A stretch of 64,000 nucleotides of DNA from the human T2T-CHM13v2.0 reference genome, Homo sapiens. Location of the stretch: NCBI RefSeq assembly GCF_009914755.1, contig NC_060928.1; one strand, 5' to 3'. A model generated the notes under the pieces. The model saw only the letters and a list, made by a program, of their open reading frames with translations, had not been told where the DNA came from and ran no database searches. Shown here piece after piece: positions 44,604-59,659 of the stretch (its first letter is position 1; the number at the start of each line of letters is the position of its first letter). Position numbers and translations under genes: made by a program.

Positions 44604-46015
44604 CACAACTCTATTCTCTTTTCATTTTCAGGGGAAATTAGTAACTTTAATAAATAAAAAAAAATTATGATATTTATAAAAAATACTTTGAAATATACTT
44701 TTATGAAAAACAATTTATGAAAATTACTTTGAAAAATACCTTGTTCAAGATAATCTGCCTAAACCTGATGGAGTATAAGAAATTTAGCAATATGATATAT
44801 TCCTGATATTGTAGTTGGAGAAAAGTTGTCTTCTACCTAAAAAGTTGTCTGGGTTGACCAAGTGTTTTTTCAGAGTAGGATCTTAGGTTAAAATTATACC
44901 AGTTCAACAGGAATTGCCCTGCATAAATGAGAATTGTGATCAACCTCTCTTAGATGGAATGATAAGATTAAAAAGCAAAGCTACACTAACCATCCAGATA
45001 CTCACTCAGATTTGTAAATCTAAAAGCATCATACTAGTTAAAAATGTATATACATTAAGAATGTTTGAGTTTATTTAGAATGACAAAATAAAGGAACATG
45101 AAGAAGATTACAAACACAGGTATCAAACAGCATGAAATAAACACAAGAAGTTATAAATATAACAAAAGCTATAAGGGCTCAGGAGACAAGTTTATTATCA
45201 GCTGGGATTACAAACAAACTAATAAATTATTTTCTTTTCATGGGCATAAAAATCACTGAATAAATTATCTGAATTAGTAACTTATTTAGCAATAAACGTT
45301 TCTAGAATTCAATCCCAAACCTTTGTTCTCTATATTATGCAATAAGGAGCTGAAATTTCAACAGCAAACTTTAATTTTCAGACTGTTTAAGTTACTTTTC
45401 TAAAAAAGTTATTTTAACATAATCATAGTGATCTTAGGAGTTTTACATTTTATGAGAGAAAAGTATAATTGGTGTTTGAAAAAAAAGGTTGCTTGATTTC
45501 TTATGATTTACTCTTTTACAGAAGACAATAAGAACTTTGCACAATATTTACATCATTTCTGTAAATGTAACAGCAACAGTAAGATACCATACCCAGGGCT
45601 GAGTTTATTTCTTTTAAAGGTGGGAGCACCCATGGAGCTTTGCTGATTTTCCTAAAATTAGTAGCAAGGGCCAGATTTGTACCTGGCACTATTCTAATAG
45701 AACAGCCTCTGTTCAAATGAGAAGAGCAAGGGAAGTCCCAGAATTCCACTTAATGGTAACCAAATTTCGAATACAACTTTACATTTAAAGCATTGGTTAA
45801 GTCCTGATTAAGTCGGCCTCTGATCCTGTGCTACGTGCCTTCTATTGACTGTGAAGGCAATCATGAATCATGATTACCCTTTTGAATCAGGTATACCCTA
45901 AAAGTGCTGTTTCATATATATTATCACCTCATCTAACTGTAGGCCCCTAATCATTTAACACATAGAAGTGTAAATATATACATGGAAAATAACAAGAAAT
46001 ACTAGAGTGACTTAC

Positions 46016-46208
46016 ATGGTAAAAACATCCAGTGTGTCTCCAGCAGTTCTTGCCATCTCAAAGTAGGTTTGCAGAATGTTGACAGTTCCAGAAAGCGCTT
46101 CATGACCGCAGCCACAGAACAGGGCAACACCCGCATAGAGCAGGATGGTGGCAATCAGAGAGGCATAGGGAATGCCCCCCAGGCATTTGATACAGCATTC
46201 AAAACACC
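46016..46208 (-). CDS. GPM6A: GPM6A coding exon (conventionally exon 2): N-terminal Cys cluster, TM1 and first extracellular loop
   Basis: Reverse complement reads ttctacAG|GG TGT TTT GAA... = (G)[63 protein letters not shown](M), ending ACC AT|GTAAGT. 193 nt, phase 1 to phase 2. Confidence 0.97.
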
Positions 46209-46609
46209 CTGTAGAAGATCACAAAGGGAGAAATTCATATTTTTGTTAACCTAATTTAATTTTTTTTTTCAAACTTCAGCACTATGGGAAAGTATATTTG
46301 CACTGACAATACCAGGTCAACCATACAAATGAAGTCCTAGAGTGCATTGAAGGATACTAAGATCAAATTCCTTAATTATAAACCCATCCTCCACAAATAA
46401 GAGAATGTTTGCCATGACTGATGTCTTCCTCATCTACCGCAAAACCTAGAGAAGCCCTTCCTTCCCAACCCAGACTTTCTATAATAATTAATCTTCACCA
46501 TACATGCATGCATATCATTCCATCTTGAATTTATTGCTCCCAAATGTCACATGCTTATGGTTTTATTTCAATGGTATTTATTCTTTTGCACTCTGTGTAT
46601 CTGCATTTT

Positions 46610-46885
46610 TCTTTTTTTGTAACAGATATTTTTATTGATGTGTCATAGTTATACAAGTTTTGGGGATCCAGGAGATATTTGGATACATGTTTATAATGTA
46701 TGAGGATAAAATCGGGGTAATTGGGATATCCACCGCCTAAAATATTTATGTTTTCTTTGTGTCGGAACATTAAGATTCTTCTCTTCTAGCTATTTTGAAA
46801 TATACAATAGACTATTTTTAACTATAATTTCCCTACTATGCTATCGAATACTAGAACTTATTCTTTTTACGTAAGTGTGTTTTTG
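46610..46885 (-). mobile_element. L1MA 3' end
   Basis: 'ctcttctagctattttgaaatatacaata...ctatgctatcgaatactagaacttatt'. Confidence 0.85.
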
Positions 46886-46953
46886 TACCCATTAACCAAT
46901 TTTTCAGACAGTAAGTTGAAGCCTGTTAGTATGTTGTGAAGTTAACCTAGTGA

Positions 46954-47192
<239 letters not shown>

Positions 47193-47604
47193 AAACTCAG
47201 TGAACTTTGACCAGCAAATATTAAAAGTGACAGAGACTGGAAGAGACAATATCTGAATTCATGTTATGTAGTAAGGGAAATTATTTTTGACTCTTTTGAC
47301 TTCAGTACTCCTATATGATATTTGAGTGGTGACTCATAATGAAAATCTACTTCTTGCTATCATTCATGGTTTGAAAAAATGAGAAAGACACTGGCACAGC
47401 AAATGAGAGCACATTGGACACACCAATCCCTGTGTGGTTTTTGCCAAATTTATTCTTTTGAGCTTATTGTCTTTAAAAATGTGACAATAAGATAATCTCT
47501 CATATGGTTCTCATGAGCATTAAATGAGTTAATATAAAAAAATAGTGCTTGACATAGAGTAACTACTCACTACATGTTATCTGTCATTATTAGATGTAAC
47601 CTAA

Positions 47605-47911
<307 letters not shown>

Positions 47912-48880
47912 TAATTTAACTATTATTCATATGAACTATTACTGTGCTGTCATGTGGTTGTCAAAAATTCTTTGGCCATCATGGTCACTTTTGGTTTTTG
48001 AAGTCTCATCACTTTTACTTATTAAAACACAGCTTTAAGCATTTAAACTGAGACATCAGAAAATGATGGTAAATATTCAAAATAAAGGTCACAATTTCCT
48101 AGGCTATTGCTAGATATCTTCTAAGAAATTAACTAGAAATGCTTAAGTATATATGTTTTGCAAGAGCAAATACTGGTGAGGCACTATGTGCCAGCCACAG
48201 CTGATAAAGGAGAATTTAGATGAGAGAGCTGACAGGCTAAGGGTACTTGCAAGGATGACCTAGGTTCCATATGTACCCACCTCTAGCCACCCCACCCCTC
48301 AGATACACACACATATCCTCATTCCAAAGATTTCCTCCTTATGAAAATCCTTGATCAAATCTGTCTTTGTAATGCTGAAGCCCCTCAGATAATGACTTTT
48401 CCTTTTTCTTCAGAAACAAATGACAAACAAGATTTTAAAATGGATTATTATTGTGCTTAAGTCATAGGAAGATCTGTGTGCACTTTATCTAGAAGGCATA
48501 GATGCATATAGCAACATATGAAGCATGTGATAATTGCAAAGTTCCTGTGAGAACTAAGTTTATATTGAGAGATTGAGCTAGTCTGCTATTTTTAATGCTG
48601 CTCACTGAACTGGCCTTCTTGACAATTCTAGTCCATCCCATCTGCCCCAGAGGAGGTTAAAAAAAGGAGTCTGAACACCTTCCCACTTCAGTAGCTGTTG
48701 TTTGTGCAGGCAAAATTGTTTCTTGAACATTCCTCCCCCAACACACATCTCTCTCTTTCTCTCACACACACACACACACACGTGCACGTGTGCGCGCCCC
48801 CCCACCCCACACACACACAATGTGGGGAAGTAGAAAAGGTTAGAACAGCTTGAAATTTCATGTAATAGGAAGAGATTTCA

Positions 48881-48892
48881 CCAGCAGATGGC
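48881..48892 (+). promoter_or_regulatory. CTCF core motif match (contains CAGATG E-box)
   Basis: CCAGCAGATGGC matches CCASYAGRKGGC at all 12 positions. Confidence 0.45.
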
Positions 48893-50081
48893 TAAAAACA
48901 ATGTGTGTAGTGTCTGAATGTCACTGAACACAGTTTTGGGTGGAGATTAACAGGGCAGCAGAAAAATCTTTCAACTATTCTGTCTCTTGATGTTCTACAA
49001 TTTCCACCTCACTGATTATTTAAAAATAATAATCATAAAAAAATTAGTGCCAGCCCAATGTAGAGCTGTCCCTATTTTTGGCAAGTATACCACATAGCCT
49101 CATGATTTTAAATCCTATTCATCTGTGATTTCTGTCTTTCACTGTTCTCGAAGGATTTGATGTGGTTGTGGGAGATTTCTACTGCAGACAATCAGAAGTA
49201 TGAAAACCAGATAGATGAACATGTTTCACAAAACTGTTCAAGGTAGAATAAGTTCATATATGAAGAGTTCAAACACTGAATGCATAGGTGGGAATTGCCT
49301 TTGCTGGATCCTAGAGCCTAAAGTTAATAACTGAGCAAAGACAAAATCAGAATCAGGATAGCTCAGGAGCAGATAAAGTGGTAAGCTCATGACTGATCAC
49401 CAAAACCACTTCTGGGGACTTCTGATTAATTTAAGTATTAATTCAGGGTCGGTTTCACTTATTTCTCATTTTCTCCACTCTACTTTAAATGGACCAGTTC
49501 TAGCCTCCACACTATGCTCTACAGCTGCAAGGGGGATACTGGAGTTCTGCATCAGAGCATCAAGTATAAATTCAACTGAGTAGTGGCTTTCAAATTTAGA
49601 AAGAAAAGCCCGAGATAAATTCCAAAATTGGGTCAACCCAAATTGACAACTCTGAGATAACGTGCATTTCCAAATGAGTGTAAGGTCTTTTTACTCTATG
49701 TAAACAGTATTATTTAAATCTCTCAGAATCATATTACCTTTATGGCAAATACAAATTCCTCTAAACTTGCACTACTGTGAAGTTAAGCTAAAATCTTTTG
49801 ACTTAAGACCTGATCATCCGTCAAACTTCTATTCAAAGGAAGAAACCTTAAGTATTTCATCACACACATTTCGCACTTGTAACGGGCTAGATCCTAACTA
49901 TCCCCACTCTTCCACAGAGCCCGAGTTGCCTATTCGTTTTAAAAGAAGACTCTCAGAACTCCCATCTGGGGAAGCAGCGCATTATTTCAGTATTCTCTCC
50001 AGCTGCCAGGATCCCACGTAGTTGCTGGCAGGGGAGCTTCTTTCCACCCACAGAGAGGAACAGCCTTGGCAGAGCAGCAGA

Positions 50082-50095
50082 GTTGTCATAGCAAC
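50082..50095. promoter_or_regulatory. RFX X-box
   Basis: GTTGTCATAGCAAC, near-palindromic match to GTTGCCATGGCAAC, in a non-repeat GC-enriched patch. Confidence 0.5.
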
Positions 50096-50625
50096 CCTGC
50101 CCCTGGGCCCCGGATAGGTTCCCAACAATCACCCTTTAAGGCTGCGGATCTTGCTGCCCCCAGTACCACGTTTTCACTGAACTGCAAATGAAAAGCCACT
50201 GTATTAAATGAAAATTAGTGAAGGCATAGGAAGTGGAGTGCTGGTGCTGGAGAAGATATTTTTTTCTTGAGAAACTCTCCAGTAAAATGATAAAGATTAC
50301 TTTGAACAGGAAACATTTTCAATACTAGATATTATAATAAAAATAGGCCCATTAATTCTCAAATAGAACAGATGGCTCAAATAGGGAATACTGAATTTAC
50401 ATGTTCTAGTCACTACCTATATACACAAAGAGGTATTTCTCACATCCATTTTCTGGTTATACTTTCCAAAATGAAATAATACTATGCCTTCAGCTTTAAC
50501 ATGAAAACAAATATTAAAAGAATTATGAGATGTTCAACACACCCTCTGAAACATTAGCATTTGCCCAAAGATTAGTGAAGTTATAGATTGACTTGTACTA
50601 ATACAAGAAATAACTTCAAAATTTC

Positions 50626-50683
50626 AAAGAAAATAGAAGAAATAGAAAAAGAAAATAGAAGAAATAGAAAAAGAAAATAGAAG
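50626..50683. repeat. 22-bp tandem repeat, about 2.6 copies
   Basis: Unit aaagaaaatagaagaaatagaa. Confidence 0.85.
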
Positions 50684-51112
50684 CTGTGAAGATATGTTAT
50701 CTTTAAAAAAAGATACTGACATTTTTAAAAAGACATTGATTAATTTATTTCCATTTAAACATTGTGAAGTCAAATACATGCCTTTGCTTTTGCTCACTCC
50801 ACAAACTGCATCAAAACAAATAAAGGGAAAAGAACCTAAACCAATAAGAAAAAGACCAGGAGAGACAGACAACAAAGAAGAGAGGCCAACAAAATTGTGG
50901 ATTCTGGAAAAGTGATTGACAGGAGAGGTTGAGAAGTGAGATTTACAATAGACTGACAATTGACTCATTGATAAATTTTTCCTAATATTATTTACCAGGC
51001 GGCTGATTGCTCTTCTCCTGACCTACGTCATTTTTGTCATTATCAAGTGTCCAGAGAGGTATAGGTCTGTTTGAGGGCTGTCTATTCTGTCCCATTAGTC
51101 TGTCTATCACTG

Positions 51113-51744
51113 TGTCAGAGGTGTTTAAACCAAAGCAACTCCATCTTGAATAGGGGCTGGGTGAAATAAGGCTGAGACCTGCTGGGCTGCATATGCAGTG
51201 GGTTAGGTATTCTAAGTCACAGGATGAGAGAGTAGGTCAGCATAAGATACAGGTCATGAAGACCTTGCTGATAAAACAGGGTGTAGTAAAGAAGCCAGCT
51301 AAAACCCAAAAACCAAGATTGCAACTAGAGTGACCTCTGGTCATCCTCATGGGTCATTATATGCTAATTATAATGCATTAGCATGCTATAAGGCACTCCC
51401 ACCAGTGCTATGACAGTTTACAAATGCCATGGCAAAGTCATGAGGTTACCCTACATGGTCTAAAAAGGGGAGGAACCATCAGTTCCAAAAATTGCTCCCC
51501 CCTTTCCCCAAAAACTCATGAATTATCCACTCCTTGTTTAGCATATAATCAAGAAGTAACAGTAAGAATCCTTGGTAAAGCAGCTCAAGCTGCTGCTCTG
51601 TCTATGGAATAGCCATTCTTTATCCCTTTACTTTCTTAATAAACTTCCTTTCACCTTGCTCTATGGGCTTGCCCTGAACTTCTTCTTACTCAAGTTCCAA
51701 GAACCCTCTCTTGGGGTCTGGATGGGGACCCCTTTCCAGTAACA
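51113..51744 (+). mobile_element. MER41 (B-like) ERV1 solo LTR
   Basis: tgtcagagg.gttt.aacca.agcaactccatcttgaataggggctggg...aataaa...ccaagaaccctctcttggggtctgga...cctttccagtaaca; 632 bp. Confidence 0.92.
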
Positions 51745-52799
51745 GTTGGGCCAATACCACACTGCCTTATAGTATGTTTTGATTTGTGGAGGAAATTGCC
51801 TCAGCCAATGCATTTTCTTCATGAATGTCATGGCTATTCATTGCCCTTCTACTTTACCAATCAATTTTAAAAACAGTTTGTCTGATTACACAAATTAACT
51901 CATTGGGATTCTGATTGGTCTTTTTGCATTTGTATAAATTATTTATGTAATTTAGATATTAATTTTTTATCCACAAACTTTAAAATTCTTTCATTGATTC
52001 TGTGAATTATTTTGAGTTTGTGGATTATTTTAAATTTAAGTTGATAATCATACCACCTGTGAAAATTTTGGGCTTTATTTCTTTTTTTTTCAATATATGT
52101 GCCTTTTACTTTATCTTCTTATTGTCTTACGCTATTGGATAAAATACAGAGAGGAAATTAAAAGTAATGTGAAAAGGTATCTTTTGTGATCCTGATATTA
52201 TCGATACTTATGCTTTTACCTGATACTTATGCTTTTACCATTAAGTTTGATGCTTGCGGTTGTTTTATTGGTTAAAGATGGTCTCTTGTTTTAAATTCTA
52301 TCATATGCTTCCCATCTGGTAAAATAATTTTTTTTCTTCTTTTTATCTACCATTTCAATAAATTTTTCTAATGTAAGTGAAACTTGCATTCATGAGAAAA
52401 AAAATGGTGTCACTGGGTTTTTAAAAATACATCACTAAATTTGTCATGCTAACTTTGTTCAATACTTTTGCATTTATCAATGTATCCAACAGTTATTGAG
52501 CCCTTGCCAGGTGTCAGACACTATGCTAATTGCTGAGACCTTAGAAGTAAACAATCAATGAAAATCTCTGCTTTCATTGTAGAGGTGCAAGCAAGATTAT
52601 AAACAAGATACTGAAGAAATATAGGTGAGATTGTGAAAAGTTCAAGGAAGGAAATCTAAACAAAGAGGTGGGGTAAGGAGTACTGGAATATCAGTTTCAA
52701 TTTCTGATAAAGAGACCAGGGAAGGAATAACTGTGATGACATTTGTGAAATGGTCTGGAGGAGGTAAAGGGATCATCCAAGAGGCTATCTGGGAGAAGG

Positions 52800-53082
<283 letters not shown>

Positions 53083-53635
53083 TAAATGTCAATGCCTTGA
53101 GGCAGGTATGTGTCTAGAGTATCTAAGGAAAATTTAAGAGACCAGTGGTGCCAAAATAGATTGAGATAGAGACAAAGGAACACAGGAGAGGTTAAAATAT
53201 AATAGGTGAAGGTATAGGGACATCAATATGTTAATGAATGTCTTTGACAACAAATTTTTGCTTTCTTGTTTTCTAGTGAAGTTTATACCAGCCTTGTAAA
53301 GTGATCCCCTTTTTCAATGCCCTGGGAGAGTCTGCATAAAGTTGTAATTACCTGCACAGTAAATATTTGGTAGAACAACCAGTAAAACTATCCAGTCCAC
53401 TTGTGTACTTTATGGGAAGAATTTAAACTACTGATCTAATACGCTGATGTTTATAGAGTGATTCAAGTATTCTATTTCTTCTTAAATCTGTTTGCTAAAT
53501 TCAATTTCTGTAAGCATACGTAAACTTAATAAAATATATTCATTTTCTCATTAAGTTGTATATAACATTTTAAATAATATTTTTAATGCGTTCGTCATCT
53601 GAACGTATTTCCTTTGGTCTTCTCCAGTGATTTTA

Positions 53636-53830
53636 ATTCTTCCTTTTTTATTTCATTCCTTCTTTCCTTCCTCCCTCTTCTCCTCCTCTCTCCTCCTTTT
53701 TTCTTTCCCTTTTCCTCCCTCTGCCCCCTTTCTCTCTCTGTCTCTCTCTCTCTCTCTACGTGGGCCTCTCTCTCTCTCTTTCCCTCTCTCTCTCTGTCTG
53801 TCTTTCTTTTCTTCCTTTCTCTCTTCTTAA
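53636..53830. repeat. CT-rich polypyrimidine low-complexity tract
   Basis: Directly visible. Confidence 0.9.
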
Positions 53831-53888
53831 AGAGCATTGGCCAGGACAACCTATGTTTTACACTCTTTGTTTGCTATTAAAATAAACA

Positions 53889-54207
<319 letters not shown>

Positions 54208-55848
54208 TCACATTTTATTTTTCAATAAGTCTAGAATATTTCCTTCCCAGCTTCATAGTGGGGATCTCTTCCCATTATAGCCATTCAGAAGCTCAGGTTG
54301 ATAAAGGAAAACCATCTTGAACACTGCTAGTCATGATATCAGAATAAAAAACACCAGGGAAATCTCACTTTGGCAATCTAGTATTCTAGACTCTAGGTAG
54401 TACATGCCATTTCTACACCAGCCTAATGGGTAGAAAGAGTCACTTGCCTCCCCTTCAAACACAAAGACCAAAAAGTGCAACTCTGCTATGTTTCCAGAAG
54501 ACAGGGAGCCACAAAACTTAGCAAACAGCACTAATGACTATCATAATAAGTAAAGCTGAAGGTTTTCCAACATTATTATTCTTTTCAAATAAGCTTTTTT
54601 TGGTATGATTATTTTGTTTCATTAATTTCTATTTTTAGATTAATTTTTTTCTTTATTTTTATTTTCTTTGGGTAAATTTTCCTATATATGTTCTAATGTT
54701 TTAATGTGGAAAGATGGATGCTGAGCTCATTGCTCTTTGGACTTTTCTCTAATAAAAGTATTTAACCCTATAAAGTTACCTTCTAATTCTGATTTGAGTG
54801 AATTCCACAAGTTCTGATATGCAAACTTTTCATTCTTGTTCAGTTTTAAGTATTCTCTAAAGTTTATTGAGATCTCTTTTTGACATATAAGTCGTTTTTT
54901 TCTTGGATTATTTATTTTCGTTTTCAAATATGAAAGCTTTTTAAATCTTCTGTATGTTATCTGTTTGTATATTTATTGCATTATTGTTAGGGAATATGGT
55001 CTATAGGATGCCAATCCTCTGAAATTTATAGTGACTTCCTTTAAATTAAATCCAAGACTTGAGTTTTTCGGTTTCTGAAAGTAGCAGAAATTTTCATCAC
55101 CAACTCACAGGAGAGCTGGCTTGTGGTACCAAATTCTCAGGAGACATATTTTCCCCCTCAACTCACTCAAGGTATAAAAGATGTAAATTTTCCTTTCTGC
55201 CTTACACACAACTTTTGTTACTATTATTGTTCTGTAATTTTTTGCTTTGTTTAATTTTGTTTTCCTGTCTCAGCCTTTCACAGAGTCCTTTAGAGTCCTG
55301 ACCCTTATGCTGTGTGTTCCAACTTGACCTCCAGTCTCAGGCTGAACTCAGCTCTGTTTCCTAACCTGTATTACCAGGACACCCAATGTGAAGCCCAAGG
55401 AGACCAGGAATATGAAAACGACCCAGGCCCTGCTGCTGTCTGCAGTGCTTTCTTGCTTAGCTCCCTGAACTTCTCCTTTAACTTTATTGTTGGCTTCTGA
55501 GGGTTCTGCATACTCTCTTGACAGTACATCAATGTGTACATACATGTGTACATATATAAGTAATTATATTTTAATTGTACCTATATTTTAAATGAGCATA
55601 TTTTAAATACACAAGCATATTTGTTTCAAAACTTCAATTGTTTGGGAACAAAAAAGGTTTTCTTGCTATTTAATCTACCATACTACTGGTAATTCACTCT
55701 TAATTAGAAAGAGACAACCACTAGGTATTTGAGGAATGCCTCCAACTTGGAAGACAGAAACAGAAATAAATAAGCAAAAAAGAAATTCCAAGAAATAAAA
55801 GATAAAGCAGGCAGCTGAAGAGAGTTTAAAAAGGGCACACTGGCACAC

Positions 55849-55851
<3 letters not shown>

Positions 55852-55906
<55 letters not shown>

Positions 55907-55990
55907 TACATGTATATATAAATATAATATATTTATATACTTGTATATATAAATACATATATGTATGTATATATTTATATATTTATTTAG
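55852..55990. repeat. (TA)n(CA)n compound microsatellite and AT-rich low complexity
   Basis: Directly visible. Confidence 0.95.
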
Positions 55991-56056
55991 AATATTACAA
56001 AATATATTGCATTCTAAACAAAATGGATGTATTTCTTTTTACCTAAAATAGGAATT

Positions 56057-56368
56057 TGAGACAGCCAAGTTAAAAGGGCTCCCCAGAGAATCCCCAGCTG
56101 TCTTGTGCATTCGGAGGATGGAGTTGGGCCTGGAGAAGTTCTCGCTAGTTTGGGTGGGGGGTGGGGAGGCTGGCCTCTTCTGTCCCTGTGTAGTAATCTG
56201 GGATTCAGTTGGTGAAGTAGAGAGCCTGTTAGCAGGACTCCATCTCACTTTGCTGAGTTGTATTTCCTTTTTCCTTTTCGCTCAATGAATTCCACTCATC
56301 ACCCTTATATGTGTCTGCAAGCCTAATCTTTCCTGGTCATGTGACAAGAACAGTTTTTTCCTACAATA
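56057..56368 (+). mobile_element. MER61-like ERV1 solo LTR
   Basis: tgagacagcca...gaagttc.cgc...ctgggattc...gtctgcaagcctaatctttcctggtcatgtgacaagaac. Confidence 0.7.
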
Positions 56369-57615
56369 AATAGATGCTCTAAATAGGCAACTGCAATAAA
56401 ATTAAAAGCTATTATTAAATGGAAATATAGCAGAAGTTTACATTTTCACAGTTTAAAGACACACACACACACAAAGAAATCTATGACAAAGTAGAACAAA
56501 AAGATGGAAATTGGAGAGAAAAGATAAACAACTTAGAAGATCAGACAAGGAAGAACAACCACCACAATTGAATATAATGAGATTCATCAATAAAGCAGTG
56601 AAAATGAAGATTAGCAAATTACCAAATAATTAATATAAAACGGTTTCCTAGAGTTAAGGGCATGAGTCTGTAGATTGGTAGCACTCACTGAGTTTGCTTC
56701 TGGGGCTGAATTCCTCCCTTCCTGTAGCTCTTACAGCCCCCACTACCTCCTGCTGCCCTGCGGCCACACTATGGCAGAGCCAGGAGGCCTGATGCTGGCT
56801 CGTGGTGCCCCCAGAGTGCTCCAAATTAATAAAGAAGAGCTAGAGCAATTGGGGTCATGGACAATAAGTGTCTTAGAAAAAGTCATCATCAGAGAAGGGG
56901 AACAAGAAGTGCTTTCAACTAAATTTAAAGCAAATGCTTTTATTTAGAGGACTATTTCTGAAAACTTGTAACAATTCGAAGTTAGCTTTAAGACCTTTTT
57001 GTGTCTATGGAAATATTAGTGGAGTGAGGCCAACCTGACTTTCTCTTATCCTAACACTGAGGGAAACATGTCCCTTGGGTAGAAATAAGAGAACAATTAA
57101 ATCAAGACCTGACTGTAATAAGTTTATTTCACATGCTCACTCCTTTTTTCTATGCCTATGCTAGCAGCATGGGCACGGAATCACTACGTTAATATTCAGA
57201 GAATGTTTCTTGAGCACCTGTTTCTTCTACACACTGTGTATACAGAAGTGATCAAAAAATATGGTCTCTACTCTGTTTGAGCCTATATACCAGTGAGAAA
57301 TAAAATTAGAAAGTTCTGGCACCTTTTAGAAAAATTCCCAAAAACATCGTATGAAAACATCCAATATTGTGATATCTTTAGTGTCCAGTTGGTGTAGCCA
57401 GGAATGCAGTGCTCATCAGCACATCAGAGTTAGTGACCGTGGGCTTGGAGTTCAAAATTATCCAAAGAATAGTAGACTAAAAAGCTCCCTGGCATAAAGT
57501 CTAACATGCCATAAAGATGAGTAAGGATATTTCAAAATTGGGCTTCTGAGGAAGGCTTTATACTGTAAAATGTTTAGCAAACACACTCTTTAATAGTTAA
57601 CCCTTTAATGAATGA

Positions 57616-57927
<312 letters not shown>

Positions 57928-58772
57928 GATAGTCCCTATTTTTAAAGCCTTTTAGAATATAGCTCAAATAATCCTTAAATATTGTTAAATTTTTATTAAC
58001 ATCTTATTTAAATATGTCCTGGCCTAAAAAGAGCACAAAGTCAAAGTAAATATTTGAATCATTAAGAACACAGAGGCATTACCAAAAACAAACTCAAATG
58101 ACAGGTGTTTATCTTAAACATTGTAGTCATGGCTATAATACTCTGCTTAAACAAATCAGTTACTAATTTTAAAAGAAACATCTTTAAACAGGAAAAAATT
58201 CGCAGCGTTCAAAGGCATTTTTGTATCCTCTAGTACAAAATGGAGGAGCATTTTCACTGCATTTTTTGCTGAATCTCATTATTTTTGATAGCGGTTGTTG
58301 GTTTTCCTTGTCTGATCTTCTAAGTTGCTTATCTTTTCTCTCCAATTTCCATCTTTTGTCTGTTTGTTCTACTTTGTCATAGATTTTTTTTTGTCTTTTA
58401 GTCCTTCTGTGAAAATTTAAACTTCTGCTATCATATTTGTATTTAATAATATCTTTTAATTTTTTTGGTAGTTACCTATTTGTGGATGGGTATCAAAATC
58501 ACCAGGGGTGCTGTCAAAAATAGATTTTTAGATGTCCTCTGTTGAGAATCTTGTGGGTTTTTATCAAGTTCTTCAGTTCATTCTGATACTACAAGATATG
58601 CAAGCCACGCAGTATTCTATAAAATCACATTAGATGCCCTGAATCCTTTAAAAGTATTTGATAAACCAGGATATGCATGTTAATACAAAGATAAGGAATT
58701 ACTCTAAGAAATTTGAACGAATGATTAAACAACATATACAGTTTATAACTATATCAACAAGAATTTTTTTAA

Positions 58773-59030
<258 letters not shown>

Positions 59031-59659
59031 TGAAAGAGCTATAATTATAGTCAGGCAATTTCTCAAGTGGTTATTGACAGTAGATACTGCCAGAGTACAT
59101 GAAAGCCTATTTATTATGAATTTTTCAGAAGAATGGTGACATTTTTATGTTTAAAATGCTATCATGAAAATGTTTATTAAGATTAATATTTAACATTCAG
59201 ACCGTTTTTTTTTAAGAAATATATTACTAATTACAGAACATTCTGTACTGGTCAACATGACTTAGCAAAACTGTTTTGATTAATTAAACTTGTTCCCTAA
59301 GGCAGAGAAGTTAATTGCTTCTATTATGAGTAGAACCATACTCTTCTGACTGTGATACATAAGCCCCTAGGGTAAGGGAACAGTCAGGTGGAGACACGTT
59401 TCTGATGTAGAAAAACAATCCCTGGAAGAAAAAAAAAAAAAAAAAAACTAGCTTGAATTCCATACACCTGTGGGGTTTTGATATCCCATACCCTGCTTGT
59501 TCAGATAATGTCTGGAAATCCAGTTAAAACCCTCATTTTCTCTGTAATAAATGGACTAATTAACATAAATGTTCCTCCCCTAAATGTCCACATGATTTGC
59601 TCTCTCACAATCTTCAAAACTTTGCTCAAAATACTCATTCATTCATTTCTTTCATGTGT

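Noticed and set aside
46069-46254. 61-aa + strand ORF
   Set aside because: Antisense shadow of the GPM6A exon.
50626-50683. Tandem repeat as CRISPR-like array
   Set aside because: No spacers, low complexity, eukaryotic context.
52203-52239. 19-bp period duplication gatacttatgcttttacc (similar small duplications at 5852-5871, 25261-25297, 42151-42176)
   Set aside because: Ordinary slippage duplications with no sign of function.
56057-56368. p53 response element in the MER61-like LTR
   Set aside because: No paired RRRCWWGYYY half sites visible in this copy.
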